Part shown: positions 20,907-29,173 of the stretch, one piece after another | How the letters are laid out: each line of letters starts with the position of its first letter | Numbering within the stretch: the first letter of the stretch is position 1 | Source of the DNA: an uncultured Gemmatimonadales bacterium | Lineage (GTDB): Bacteria; Gemmatimonadota; Gemmatimonadetes; Gemmatimonadales; GWC2-71-9 | Assembly (NCBI GenBank): GCA_963795085.1 | Contig: CAWCFX010000001.1 | Span: 1,326,352 to 1,390,351 of the forward strand | Length of the DNA stretch: 64,000 nucleotides | Reading direction: 5' to 3' | Made by a program: the position numbers and the translations under genes | The notes under the pieces: model-generated | Database searches by the model: none | What the model was told of the DNA's origin: nothing | Seen by the model: the letters and a program-made list of their open reading frames with translations, nothing else

Positions 20907-21872
20907 CTAGGCGGGCGGATCCGTCTCGTGGTCGAAGTGGATGCCCGGGCGGGCGCCCCGGTGGATCCGCAGTTCGAAGAGATCCGGGCGCGCGTAGTGG
21001 CCCGCCACGTCCAGCTGCCAGCGGGGACCGACCAGCTGATGGGGCTCGACGTCGGCGTACAGGATGCCCTCCGCCGAATCGAGGGGGCCGGCCACGATCC
21101 TGCCGTCGGGATCCACGATGACACTGAGACCCGGATTGATCCAGCCTTCGACCGCTCCGAGGTATTTGCCCTTGAAGTCCAGGTTATCGGGAATGTCGTC
21201 CTTGTGAAACGCCTGGCAGGCGCCGACCACGAAGCAGCGGCCTTCCTTGGCCACGTGCCGCAACGTGGAAATCCAGGGCTCACCCCGGTCCCAGGTCGGT
21301 GCGACATGGATCTGTTCGCCGGCCGCCGCCAGCGCGTAGCGGGCGAGGGGCATGTAGTTCTCCCAGCATAGAAGGCCGCTGACTCGCCCGAAAGGGAGAT
21401 CCAGCACCTCCAGGTCATACTCGGCGCCCTGGCCCCACACCAGCCGCTCTCCCGCCGTGGGGATGAATTTCCGGTGCCGGCCCAGGGTCCGGCCATCGGC
21501 ACCCAGATAGAGGATGGAGTTATAGAGGGTGCCGTCGCTGCTCTCGTGGTTGCGTTCGTTGACGCCGATCGCGACCGTGAGGCGGCAGTCCGCGGCGGCC
21601 TCCGCCAGGCGGCTCACCGCGGGTCCGGGAATGGAGACCGCGTTCTGGTGGAGTTGGGCGTAGAGCCGGCGGAGGGCATGGGTCTGGCCAGGCGGAATGA
21701 ACCAGACCCACAAAGGATAGGCCGGCAGGAACGCCTCGGGAAAGACGGCGAGGGAGGCGCCGCCGCGGGCCGCCTCTTCGATCAGCCGGCAGGCCTTGTC
21801 GAGCGTCGCCTCCAGGTCGAGAAACACCGAGGCGGCCTGGATGGCGGCGATCCGGAACGGCTCACCTGTCAT
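20907..21872 (-). CDS. Nitrilase (carbon-nitrogen hydrolase)
   Basis: Catalytic E-K-C triad: 'FPEAF', 'HRKFIPT', 'LCWENY'. Confidence 0.92.
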   Translation of the reverse strand: MTGEPFRIAAIQAASVFLDLEATLDKACRLIEEAARGGASLAVFPEAFLPAYPLWVWFIPPGQTHALRRLYAQLHQNAVSIPGPAVSRLAEAAADCRLTVAIGVNERNHESSDGTLYNSILYLGADGRTLGRHRKFIPTAGERLVWGQGAEYDLEVLDLPFGRVSGLLCWENYMPLARYALAAAGEQIHVAPTWDRGEPWISTLRHVAKEGRCFVVGACQAFHKDDIPDNLDFKGKYLGAVEGWINPGLSVIVDPDGRIVAGPLDSAEGILYADVEPHQLVGPRWQLDVAGHYARPDLFELRIHRGARPGIHFDHETDPPA

Positions 21873-22245
21873 GGGGATCCTCCGGGGTGGCCTCCATGGC
21901 CGAACCCTGCGTTCGTCCAGGAACCTGGCGAACATCCGCGTCCCGCTGGCTGGCCAGGACCCGCTCGGCGAATTCTACCCGTTCTTCCAACTCCAGCACG
22001 TGGCTTCGCATCTCGTCGAATCGTTCCTGCAGGTCCTCGGCATCGTCGAGATCGGCTTCGGTCCGGGTCCCGGCCTGCCGCCGGGTCATCAGGTGCCGCG
22101 CTCCCAGTGCGAATCCCGCCGCCAGTCCGGCGTGGAGAGTGGCATGAACAGGTTCGCCGGGCTGGGCCGCGAACCACACCGCAGCCAGGTTGACCACTGC
22201 CAGGGTCAAGGAAACCGGTATCCAGGCGGGGTGTCGGAACCACAT
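21862..22245 (-). CDS. Membrane hypothetical protein with coiled-coil tail
   Basis: Two TM segments; 'ELEERVEFAERVL'. Confidence 0.75.
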   Translation of the reverse strand: MWFRHPAWIPVSLTLAVVNLAAVWFAAQPGEPVHATLHAGLAAGFALGARHLMTRRQAGTRTEADLDDAEDLQERFDEMRSHVLELEERVEFAERVLASQRDADVRQVPGRTQGSAMEATPEDPHDR

Positions 22246-22486
22246 GGAACACTCCTAGGGAACGGCTGTTTCCGGCAGTTGCTCCGGAGAGTCTTCCAGG
22301 GACTCATCCTGGCTGACCCTGAAAGAGAACCAGATCCGGGCGCTACAACCATGGCTAACAACAGCCCCTTCAGCGGTCCGGAGGAGGGGCTGCGAAGGGG
22401 GGACTGCCGCCGTCGGGGTTCTTCGCGGTTCGCTCAGGGCGTGATGCCGACCTGGACCCGTGCCGGCGCGATAAGATCGCGTCCGT

Positions 22487-23686
22487 CTAACGCACCGCGA
22501 TCGGCGCCGTCCAGCGGAACGGCCCCCACTCCATCACCAGGCTGCCCGACCGCTGGTCCTTCGGCTCCACCGCGATCGTGAACGTCTCGGCCGGGGCCGC
22601 CAGCGTCTCGGTGGCAAGCGCGGTCCGGCCGATATCGTGGGCCGGGCCATACCCCGTTCCCCACTGTCCGGTCTGGCGGTTGACGATCAGGGTCACGCCC
22701 TCCCGCCGGGGCAGAGTCCACAGCGTGTAGGTCCCCGGCTCGAGGTCTATGGTGCCGAGAGTGATGGGGACCGAAGTGGAGAAGTGGGTCGCTTGGTTGG
22801 CCCCGGTCCGCCACACGACGTCGTAGGGGATCACCTCGCCGAGGAGCGTCCGGCCGCGGGCAAGGGGGCGGCCATAGTCCACCAGGAATGCCGCATCGCC
22901 GATCCGGGCCCGCAGGGTATCCCGCAGGCTGAGGGCGGGCGCCGCTCCACCCGCTCGCTCCGCCGCGACAAACCGGGCCGCGATCGGCTCGATCTCAGGC
23001 GCCTGGGCCAGGCGATCCACCACGACCCGATAGGTCGAGCGCGCCCCGGAGTAGGTCAACAGCCGGCCACGCTCGTCCAGGGTGGCCACCCCGCTCCCCG
23101 CCAGCCAGTCGTGCCGGATCTCGGCGATCCCGCCGGGCTGGACCCGTACCATCCCCCGGTGCATCGGCACCGGGTAGCGAGGGAACTCACGGTCCGGATA
23201 GAACTGGCGGAACCGGACGGCGCTGTCGGGGCGGTCGGCCGCGCGCGCCGCCGCAAGGGTGAACATCCGCTCCAGCAGGCTGTAGGACTGGGGGACATGG
23301 GGGACGGTGGGCATGCCGTCGGTCGCCATCGCGATCGTGTGCGTCCCCCGGCTGTCGGTCAGCCGGACCCGGACCGTGTCGGGGCCGAACTCCGCCCTGA
23401 TCCGCCGCTCGCCGGAGTCGGGCTCGGCCGAGGGGATGCGGACGTGCATGTCCATCCGGCGGATCGTCCCGTCGGGCGCCAGGTCCAGCTCGGTGCGCCG
23501 GATTCGAAGCTGGGGAAAGCGGTCCAGCCCTTCGCTGACGATGCGGTCGGGGTAGCGCGAGACTGCCTCGATCGAAACGGTGTCCCGGCCCAGCCGGGCG
23601 ATGAATCCGTACCGCTCTTCCGGCTCCGGCGCGGCACAGGCGGCCAGCACCAGCGAGAAGGCGACCGCGGAGGGTGTGCGACTCAT
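22487..23686 (-). CDS. Lipoprotein with C-terminal DUF2911 domain
   Basis: Lipobox 'LAAC'; 'DYGRP', 'VWRTGANQAT', 'QTGQWGT'. Confidence 0.85.
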   Translation of the reverse strand: MSRTPSAVAFSLVLAACAAPEPEERYGFIARLGRDTVSIEAVSRYPDRIVSEGLDRFPQLRIRRTELDLAPDGTIRRMDMHVRIPSAEPDSGERRIRAEFGPDTVRVRLTDSRGTHTIAMATDGMPTVPHVPQSYSLLERMFTLAAARAADRPDSAVRFRQFYPDREFPRYPVPMHRGMVRVQPGGIAEIRHDWLAGSGVATLDERGRLLTYSGARSTYRVVVDRLAQAPEIEPIAARFVAAERAGGAAPALSLRDTLRARIGDAAFLVDYGRPLARGRTLLGEVIPYDVVWRTGANQATHFSTSVPITLGTIDLEPGTYTLWTLPRREGVTLIVNRQTGQWGTGYGPAHDIGRTALATETLAAPAETFTIAVEPKDQRSGSLVMEWGPFRWTAPIAVR

Positions 23687-23796
23687 GGCAATCGTGTGGT
23701 GGGGAACGGTGAAGTGGCAGTGGAGCGCCGCCGAGATCGTGGTGGTTCCGACGGCGCTGAAGGCGGGAAAGTTCCACCCGCGGATGGCCCGCCGGA

Positions 23797-25086
23797 TCAG
23801 GGCCGCCGCGCCTGGTGTCGCGCGGAGCCGAAGAGGGCCGCGTGCGGCGTGGCGGCGTGCACCGTGCCGTGGGGCCACGCGGGTCGATCGAATGTTACCC
23901 CCCGCCGCGACGAGGCTCCCTCGCGGAACCCTTCATCCCAGGACAGCGCACCGGTCATCCGGTCGAGCCGGGCCATCAGCACCCGCGCCTCGCCGTCGTC
24001 CTGCCCGACGATCACGATCCGGTCGCTCCCGGGATCGACCGCGGCCCAGTGGGGCAGGACCGTCGAATCGGTCTCCAGCGCCGAGACCTCGATGGGGTGG
24101 GAGGGGTCCGCGAGATCGAGGCTGACGATGCGATGATCGTACGCGATGGGCATGACCGAGTAGCGACCGACAGCCACCGGCACCGCGCAGCCCACCCGGC
24201 GCGGTTCGCGCATCGAGTGCACCAGGGTTACCGCCGGGTGCTCTGTCTCCAGGTCGGTCACCAGGTAGAATCCGCAGTAGTACGTATTGAGCATCGCGGT
24301 GCGCCCGCCCGGCAGGGCACGAATCTCGAACGGATAGTAGTGGATCGAGTCGCCGGCGAGCGGCGGGACCGCGATCGTCTTGAGGAGCCGGAAGTCGGAA
24401 AGCCGCCAGACCTGGATCACGTCCGCGGTACGTTCCACGTCCATGGGGGTGCTGGTGGTGACCGCACGATCGATCTCGGGGAGCACCTCGATGCCGTAGG
24501 TGCGAATGCGCGCGCCGGGAAAGGTCGAGTCGGCCGCCGAGGCGCTGCGGAGGAGCCGGCCCGCCGGGTCAAACTCGGCGAGGCCGCCGGGATCTCCGGG
24601 GATCGCGCCATTCCCGAACTGGAGGGACGCGATGACGTTGCCATTGGGAAGCCGGGCGAAGCTGTGCGGCCGACGGAACCCGGGCACGCTGTCGATGCGA
24701 TGCGCCAGGCGGGGCGCGAGCGGGTCGGCGAGATCGAGCAGGAAAATCGTGCCGGCCATGTAGTCGCTGGCGAACAGTGAGCGGCCGGCCGGCAGGGTGA
24801 ACTCAGTGTGGTGCGCCATGGCGCCGCCGATCCCGATGGCGCTGGAGGCGAGGACCGTGCCGTAGGTGGCGCTGGCCGTATCGGCATCGAGGACGGCGAG
24901 AAAGTTGCCGGCCCCAGGGGCAGACGCCTGGTGATCGCCTGCGTCCGAGGCGGCGCCATGGGGGCCGGCCCAGATGAAGAGATATTGTGCGGGAGTGACG
25001 GAGGAATCACGCGGCGTCGGGGAACAGGCGGCAACGACGGGAACCGCCAGCACGACGAGCGCCTGGCGCAGCGTCGGTCGAACCAT
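23797..25086 (-). CDS. Selenium-binding protein (SBP56)-like beta-propeller lipoprotein
   Basis: 'FLAVLDAD..SATYG', 'AHHTE', 'PHSF', 'PHW', 'PHAALF'. Confidence 0.75.
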   Translation of the reverse strand: MVRPTLRQALVVLAVPVVAACSPTPRDSSVTPAQYLFIWAGPHGAASDAGDHQASAPGAGNFLAVLDADTASATYGTVLASSAIGIGGAMAHHTEFTLPAGRSLFASDYMAGTIFLLDLADPLAPRLAHRIDSVPGFRRPHSFARLPNGNVIASLQFGNGAIPGDPGGLAEFDPAGRLLRSASAADSTFPGARIRTYGIEVLPEIDRAVTTSTPMDVERTADVIQVWRLSDFRLLKTIAVPPLAGDSIHYYPFEIRALPGGRTAMLNTYYCGFYLVTDLETEHPAVTLVHSMREPRRVGCAVPVAVGRYSVMPIAYDHRIVSLDLADPSHPIEVSALETDSTVLPHWAAVDPGSDRIVIVGQDDGEARVLMARLDRMTGALSWDEGFREGASSRRGVTFDRPAWPHGTVHAATPHAALFGSARHQARRP

Positions 25087-25358
25087 GGCTCTGGGCACGA
25101 AGTGTCCTTGTTGCGGTGAGCGGTCGGGGATGCGGTTCGGGTCGGTCCTCGCTTCCCAGCTCGAGAACCTCACCGGCGCTCGTCAATTCTTGCTCAAGCA
25201 GCGCCCGCTGTCCATCCCTCACCCTGCTGGAGCGGACTCCACCGATCCCGGGATCGGGGTCCGCCCGAGGGTCGGACTCGCACGAGCAGGAGGTGGCCGT
25301 CCACTGCGTGGTGGTGGGCCCGGATCGGGTCTGCCGTCGGGTCCGTCCGCGCTGGCAA

Positions 25359-25392
25359 TTGTCGCGGTCACCCCTTCCGGTGACCGCGACAA
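25359..25392. terminator. Perfect 14-bp hairpin downstream of the CHAT operon
   Basis: TTGTCGCGGTCACC-CCTTCC-GGTGACCGCGACAA; no long U tract. Confidence 0.5.
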
Positions 25393-25459
25393 CCGCCCGT
25401 CTCCCCGGCCCCCCTCCGGATCGGAGGGTGAATCATGGCCGGGTGGACGGGTCGCCAGC

Positions 25460-27568
25460 TCAGGGTGTCACGTTGACCTGGATCCGGGCCGGCGCGTTCG
25501 CTGAACCGAAGCGGCGCTCGTGACCGTCACCCGCCGCGGCGACCGTCACCTGGTAGGATCCCGCCGCGGGCCAGGTCAGGGCAATCACTTCGTCCCGCGC
25601 GGGATTCAGCTTGCAGGTGCCCCGGCCGGCCTGCCACTGGCACCCGGCCCGCGGCGCCGGCGCAGCGCCACCGGTCCAGGTGACGCGGTACTCGACCTGC
25701 TCCCGGTAGGGGTAGCACGACGGCATCCGCAGCCGGAAGGAGGCCGGCTGGGTCGCCACCGCCGGCCCGGCGGCGGTGGCCGTCGCCACCAGGGCGCTGG
25801 ACCCGCCCGGCGCCATGTCTCCGAACCAGAGATGCCGGTCGTTCATCAGCTGCTGGACATAGGGCGAACCCACCACCTTCCGCATGACCAGCGCTTCGGC
25901 CCGGAGTTCCAGGCCCCAGTCGAGGTCGGCGGTCAGCGCGTGGTTCGCCTGGCTGGTGGACCCGCTTCCCTCCGTCTGGGTCCCCGCGACCGCGGCACAA
26001 CCGGACGCGGTGCCCAGCAGGTAGGGCTGCGGGCCCGCGCGCGCGCTCAGCGCCTCGTAGTTGAAGTTGAGCTGCAGGGCGGTGTAGATCGCCGGTTTGA
26101 CCCTTACGGTCCCCTCCACCTGGACATCTTCGCTGGCGGTCACGGGTGAAGGCTGTCCCCGGGACTTCGCGCGGCATCCGCTGCCGCTGCAGGAGAACTC
26201 GAACTGGTTGCGATCCGAATTCCGGAGCTGAAACCGGCCCGCCGCCGCTCCGTCCGCGGTGACTTCGATGTTGCCCTCGATATAGGCGCTTACGTCCAGC
26301 TCGGCTACCGGCACGCCGCCGATGATGATCGGGAACACCTGGATGGGGATGACCGGCCCGCCGGTCGGCGGAATGGTGAAGGTCCGCTTGAACCGGCCGG
26401 TCGCCGTCACGGTGGTCGTCAGCACCTCGGCCACCGCCATGCTGCCTTCGGCCGAAAGCGCCTTGGGACGGACCGCGAAGGGAATGCAGGGGATGTAGAA
26501 GAGTTCCAGGCGCGCCTTGAAGTCGGCGTCCATGGGGACGCCGAGGCTCACGCTGCCCCGTGCCGTGCCGGTGGCGGAACCGCGGGAGCCGGATTCTTCC
26601 AGGGACACGGTCATGGTGGGCTCGATCGAGAAGCGCACCGGGATGTCATTCAGGGCCAGGGTCCGCTCGGTAAAACACGTGGCGGTGGCGTCCCACGCCT
26701 CGGCGAGCTTCCGCTCGGCCCGGGTCCATTCGCTCACCGCGTGATCGTAGGTCCGCCGCCATTCGTCGGTCACCGCCTGGCCGGCGCAATCCCAGGAATC
26801 GTACCAGTTGCCGCACTTCTTCTGGGCCGGCTCGGTGGGGCGCACGTCGTCGGGCACCGGGTGCGCGGCGATCCACTCCCGGGCCAGGTCGAGGTTCACG
26901 ATGTACTGGTCCGACTCGGTGATCGGGGTGCGCCGCACCAGCATCTGGAGCAGGCGCCGGGCCCCGTCGGGCAGGCCGGGCGCCTCGGTGACGGCCGTGA
27001 GTCCCCGGAGGTGGAGCACGTTGCCGGTGACGGATCGCCCGTTCACCCGGGTGGTCAGCGCGCTCGTCGAGACGCGGGTCAACTCGGGACGGGCCGCGGT
27101 GCTGACCTCCAGGGTCCGGGGAGGACCGTACGCAATGGACGGCAGGGTACTCATGACTTCGGGACGGACCGCCGCAGCGGTCGGCCTGGTCGGCTCCTCT
27201 ACCCGGCGGGCTGGTGGTGCCGCGGCGGCCGGTGGCGCTGCGGGAGTGCGGGTCGATGGCGCGGGCGGCGCCGCGGAGGCCGCGGACGGGCTGCTGGTGA
27301 TCGCGCAGCAGGAGGAGCGCCCATCGAGCGATACCATGCTGGTCCGGAAGTTGGCAAAGACGGCCTGGCCCACCTTGATCGTGGCGAGGCTGCGCCGGTC
27401 GGTCACCCGGAACGTGAAGGTCTGGCCGGTGGCGGTGACCCGCGCCGTGACCAGGCCGCGAGGGGCGTCGATGGCGGTGACGCCGCAGCAGGGAGCCACG
27501 GATTCCTGTCCCCCGAGCGGAACGGCTCCGGCGGCGAGCAGGGCGGCCAGGGCGATGAAGACTTTCAT
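25460..27568 (-). CDS. Large secreted Cys-rich hypothetical protein
   Basis: Signal peptide, 'PCC...SCC' N-domain, Pro/Ala linker, beta-rich body; ATGA overlap with the upstream gene. Confidence 0.8.
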   Translation of the reverse strand: MKVFIALAALLAAGAVPLGGQESVAPCCGVTAIDAPRGLVTARVTATGQTFTFRVTDRRSLATIKVGQAVFANFRTSMVSLDGRSSCCAITSSPSAASAAPPAPSTRTPAAPPAAAAPPARRVEEPTRPTAAAVRPEVMSTLPSIAYGPPRTLEVSTAARPELTRVSTSALTTRVNGRSVTGNVLHLRGLTAVTEAPGLPDGARRLLQMLVRRTPITESDQYIVNLDLAREWIAAHPVPDDVRPTEPAQKKCGNWYDSWDCAGQAVTDEWRRTYDHAVSEWTRAERKLAEAWDATATCFTERTLALNDIPVRFSIEPTMTVSLEESGSRGSATGTARGSVSLGVPMDADFKARLELFYIPCIPFAVRPKALSAEGSMAVAEVLTTTVTATGRFKRTFTIPPTGGPVIPIQVFPIIIGGVPVAELDVSAYIEGNIEVTADGAAAGRFQLRNSDRNQFEFSCSGSGCRAKSRGQPSPVTASEDVQVEGTVRVKPAIYTALQLNFNYEALSARAGPQPYLLGTASGCAAVAGTQTEGSGSTSQANHALTADLDWGLELRAEALVMRKVVGSPYVQQLMNDRHLWFGDMAPGGSSALVATATAAGPAVATQPASFRLRMPSCYPYREQVEYRVTWTGGAAPAPRAGCQWQAGRGTCKLNPARDEVIALTWPAAGSYQVTVAAAGDGHERRFGSANAPARIQVNVTP

Positions 27569-29118
27569 GGGGTGACCTCCGACTGGAATGCGGCCTGTGT
27601 CAGCTGTTTGAACGATCCCACCGCCGCGACCAGCCGGGCCAGGGCGGCCTGGGCCGACGCCTTGTCGGACGCGCGCTGGAACTCCTGGTACGCGCCGCGG
27701 ACATCGCCCAGCTGGTTCGGCATGGTCGTCAGCATCCGGAGGCCGGCGGTGAGCAGGTTGGTGTTGCGATAGCGGGCGATGAACTGGGGCAGGCTTTCCA
27801 GCACCAGGCCGAGGACCGCGTCGAAGCGGTTCAGCCGGGGGCCGCAGCAGGAGGCGACGAACGGCGAGGGGCCGGTGGCGTCCTGGGAGAATCCGTTGCT
27901 GGAGGTGGGAGCCGTGTCGGACGATTGTTCGACCGCCACCGTGAGGTCCTGGACGAAGGCCTCCATCTCGGGGACCTGTTCATCGAGCGGGGATTCAAAC
28001 GCCGGCATGGCGGGCCCGGCCTGTCCGGCGGTCGGTACGGGCGTGGCCGCGGGCACTACACGGTAGCGGAAGATCATGCCGTCGTCGGCCACCACGTACG
28101 CCCGGTCCCGCCGGGGAAAACTCCAGGCCCGCGGCGTGTTGGGAAAACGGAAGGCCCGGGAATTCCACCGTCCGCCGCCGTCGGTGGTGAAGCTCATCTT
28201 CTGCTCTTCGAGGTACCAGCCCACCTGGGGATCGGCAAAAATCAGGTTCCCGTACCTCCCCACGCTGGCGAGCAGGCCCCGCCAGGTGACGCCCCCATCG
28301 GTCGTGCTGGAGAGCTTGCCATCGCTGGTCCGGACGATGCCGGTGTTCTCGTCGGTGAAGAAGAGGTCGGTAACTCCCACTACTTCCGGATCGCCCGGGC
28401 CGGCGAAGAACTCCCAGCTCTCGCCCCCGTCCGTGGTGCGGGCCATGATGGCCGGCCCGGGGCAGGGGCCGACGCACTGGGTGGCGGCCACCAGGTAACC
28501 CACCTCGGGAGTGGGGAACTGGATGCGGAGCACATCGCAGTTGATCTGGCGGGTGGCGCCGCCCAGGGTCGCCTTGAACTGGCAGGTCGTGACGGCGCGC
28601 CAGGTTTTGCCGCCGTCCCGGGTCTTGAAAAGGGTATGCGGCACGGTACCCATGCCCACCCGGCCCGTCGCGACGCCATCGTTCGGCGTCGTCATCACCA
28701 CCTGCTTCGTGTAGTCCGGTGCCCGGCCGAGGTCCTCCCAGGTCTCTCCGTCCACGGTCCGCAGAACCCGGTTGTCCTTGAGCGCCCAGCCGTGGACCTC
28801 GTCCAGGAAATACAGCGAGGACACCCGGTCTTCGTCGGCCTCAGGGTCGCCGCCCATCTGGGCTGTCCAGGTGGCTCCGCCATCGCTGGTATGCAGGATG
28901 GTCCCCTTGTCCCCGGCGACCCAGCCCCGGTCCATGGTGACGAAGAAAACTTCCTGCAGGTCGATGTCTTCGGGGTAACTCACCGGTTCCCAGATGCCCT
29001 TGAACGCCGGCTGGGCGGAGGCCCGTTGCTGGGCCGCGAGCGGAAACGGGAGGAGAAGCGTGAGGGCGACAGTCCACCCTGCCAGGGCGGACGGGAAACG
29101 TCGGGCGGTGGATCTCAT
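27565..29118 (-). CDS. Secreted YCF48/BNR-repeat beta-propeller protein
   Basis: Repeated 'T.DGG.TW' and 'F....GW' motifs; signal peptide. Confidence 0.85.
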   Translation of the reverse strand: MRSTARRFPSALAGWTVALTLLLPFPLAAQQRASAQPAFKGIWEPVSYPEDIDLQEVFFVTMDRGWVAGDKGTILHTSDGGATWTAQMGGDPEADEDRVSSLYFLDEVHGWALKDNRVLRTVDGETWEDLGRAPDYTKQVVMTTPNDGVATGRVGMGTVPHTLFKTRDGGKTWRAVTTCQFKATLGGATRQINCDVLRIQFPTPEVGYLVAATQCVGPCPGPAIMARTTDGGESWEFFAGPGDPEVVGVTDLFFTDENTGIVRTSDGKLSSTTDGGVTWRGLLASVGRYGNLIFADPQVGWYLEEQKMSFTTDGGGRWNSRAFRFPNTPRAWSFPRRDRAYVVADDGMIFRYRVVPAATPVPTAGQAGPAMPAFESPLDEQVPEMEAFVQDLTVAVEQSSDTAPTSSNGFSQDATGPSPFVASCCGPRLNRFDAVLGLVLESLPQFIARYRNTNLLTAGLRMLTTMPNQLGDVRGAYQEFQRASDKASAQAALARLVAAVGSFKQLTQAAFQSEVTP

Positions 29119-29173
29119 CGGAGTGGCCTCGGGGTGAGAGGTGCACTCCTGAGTCCCCCATCGTCGCCGCCTG

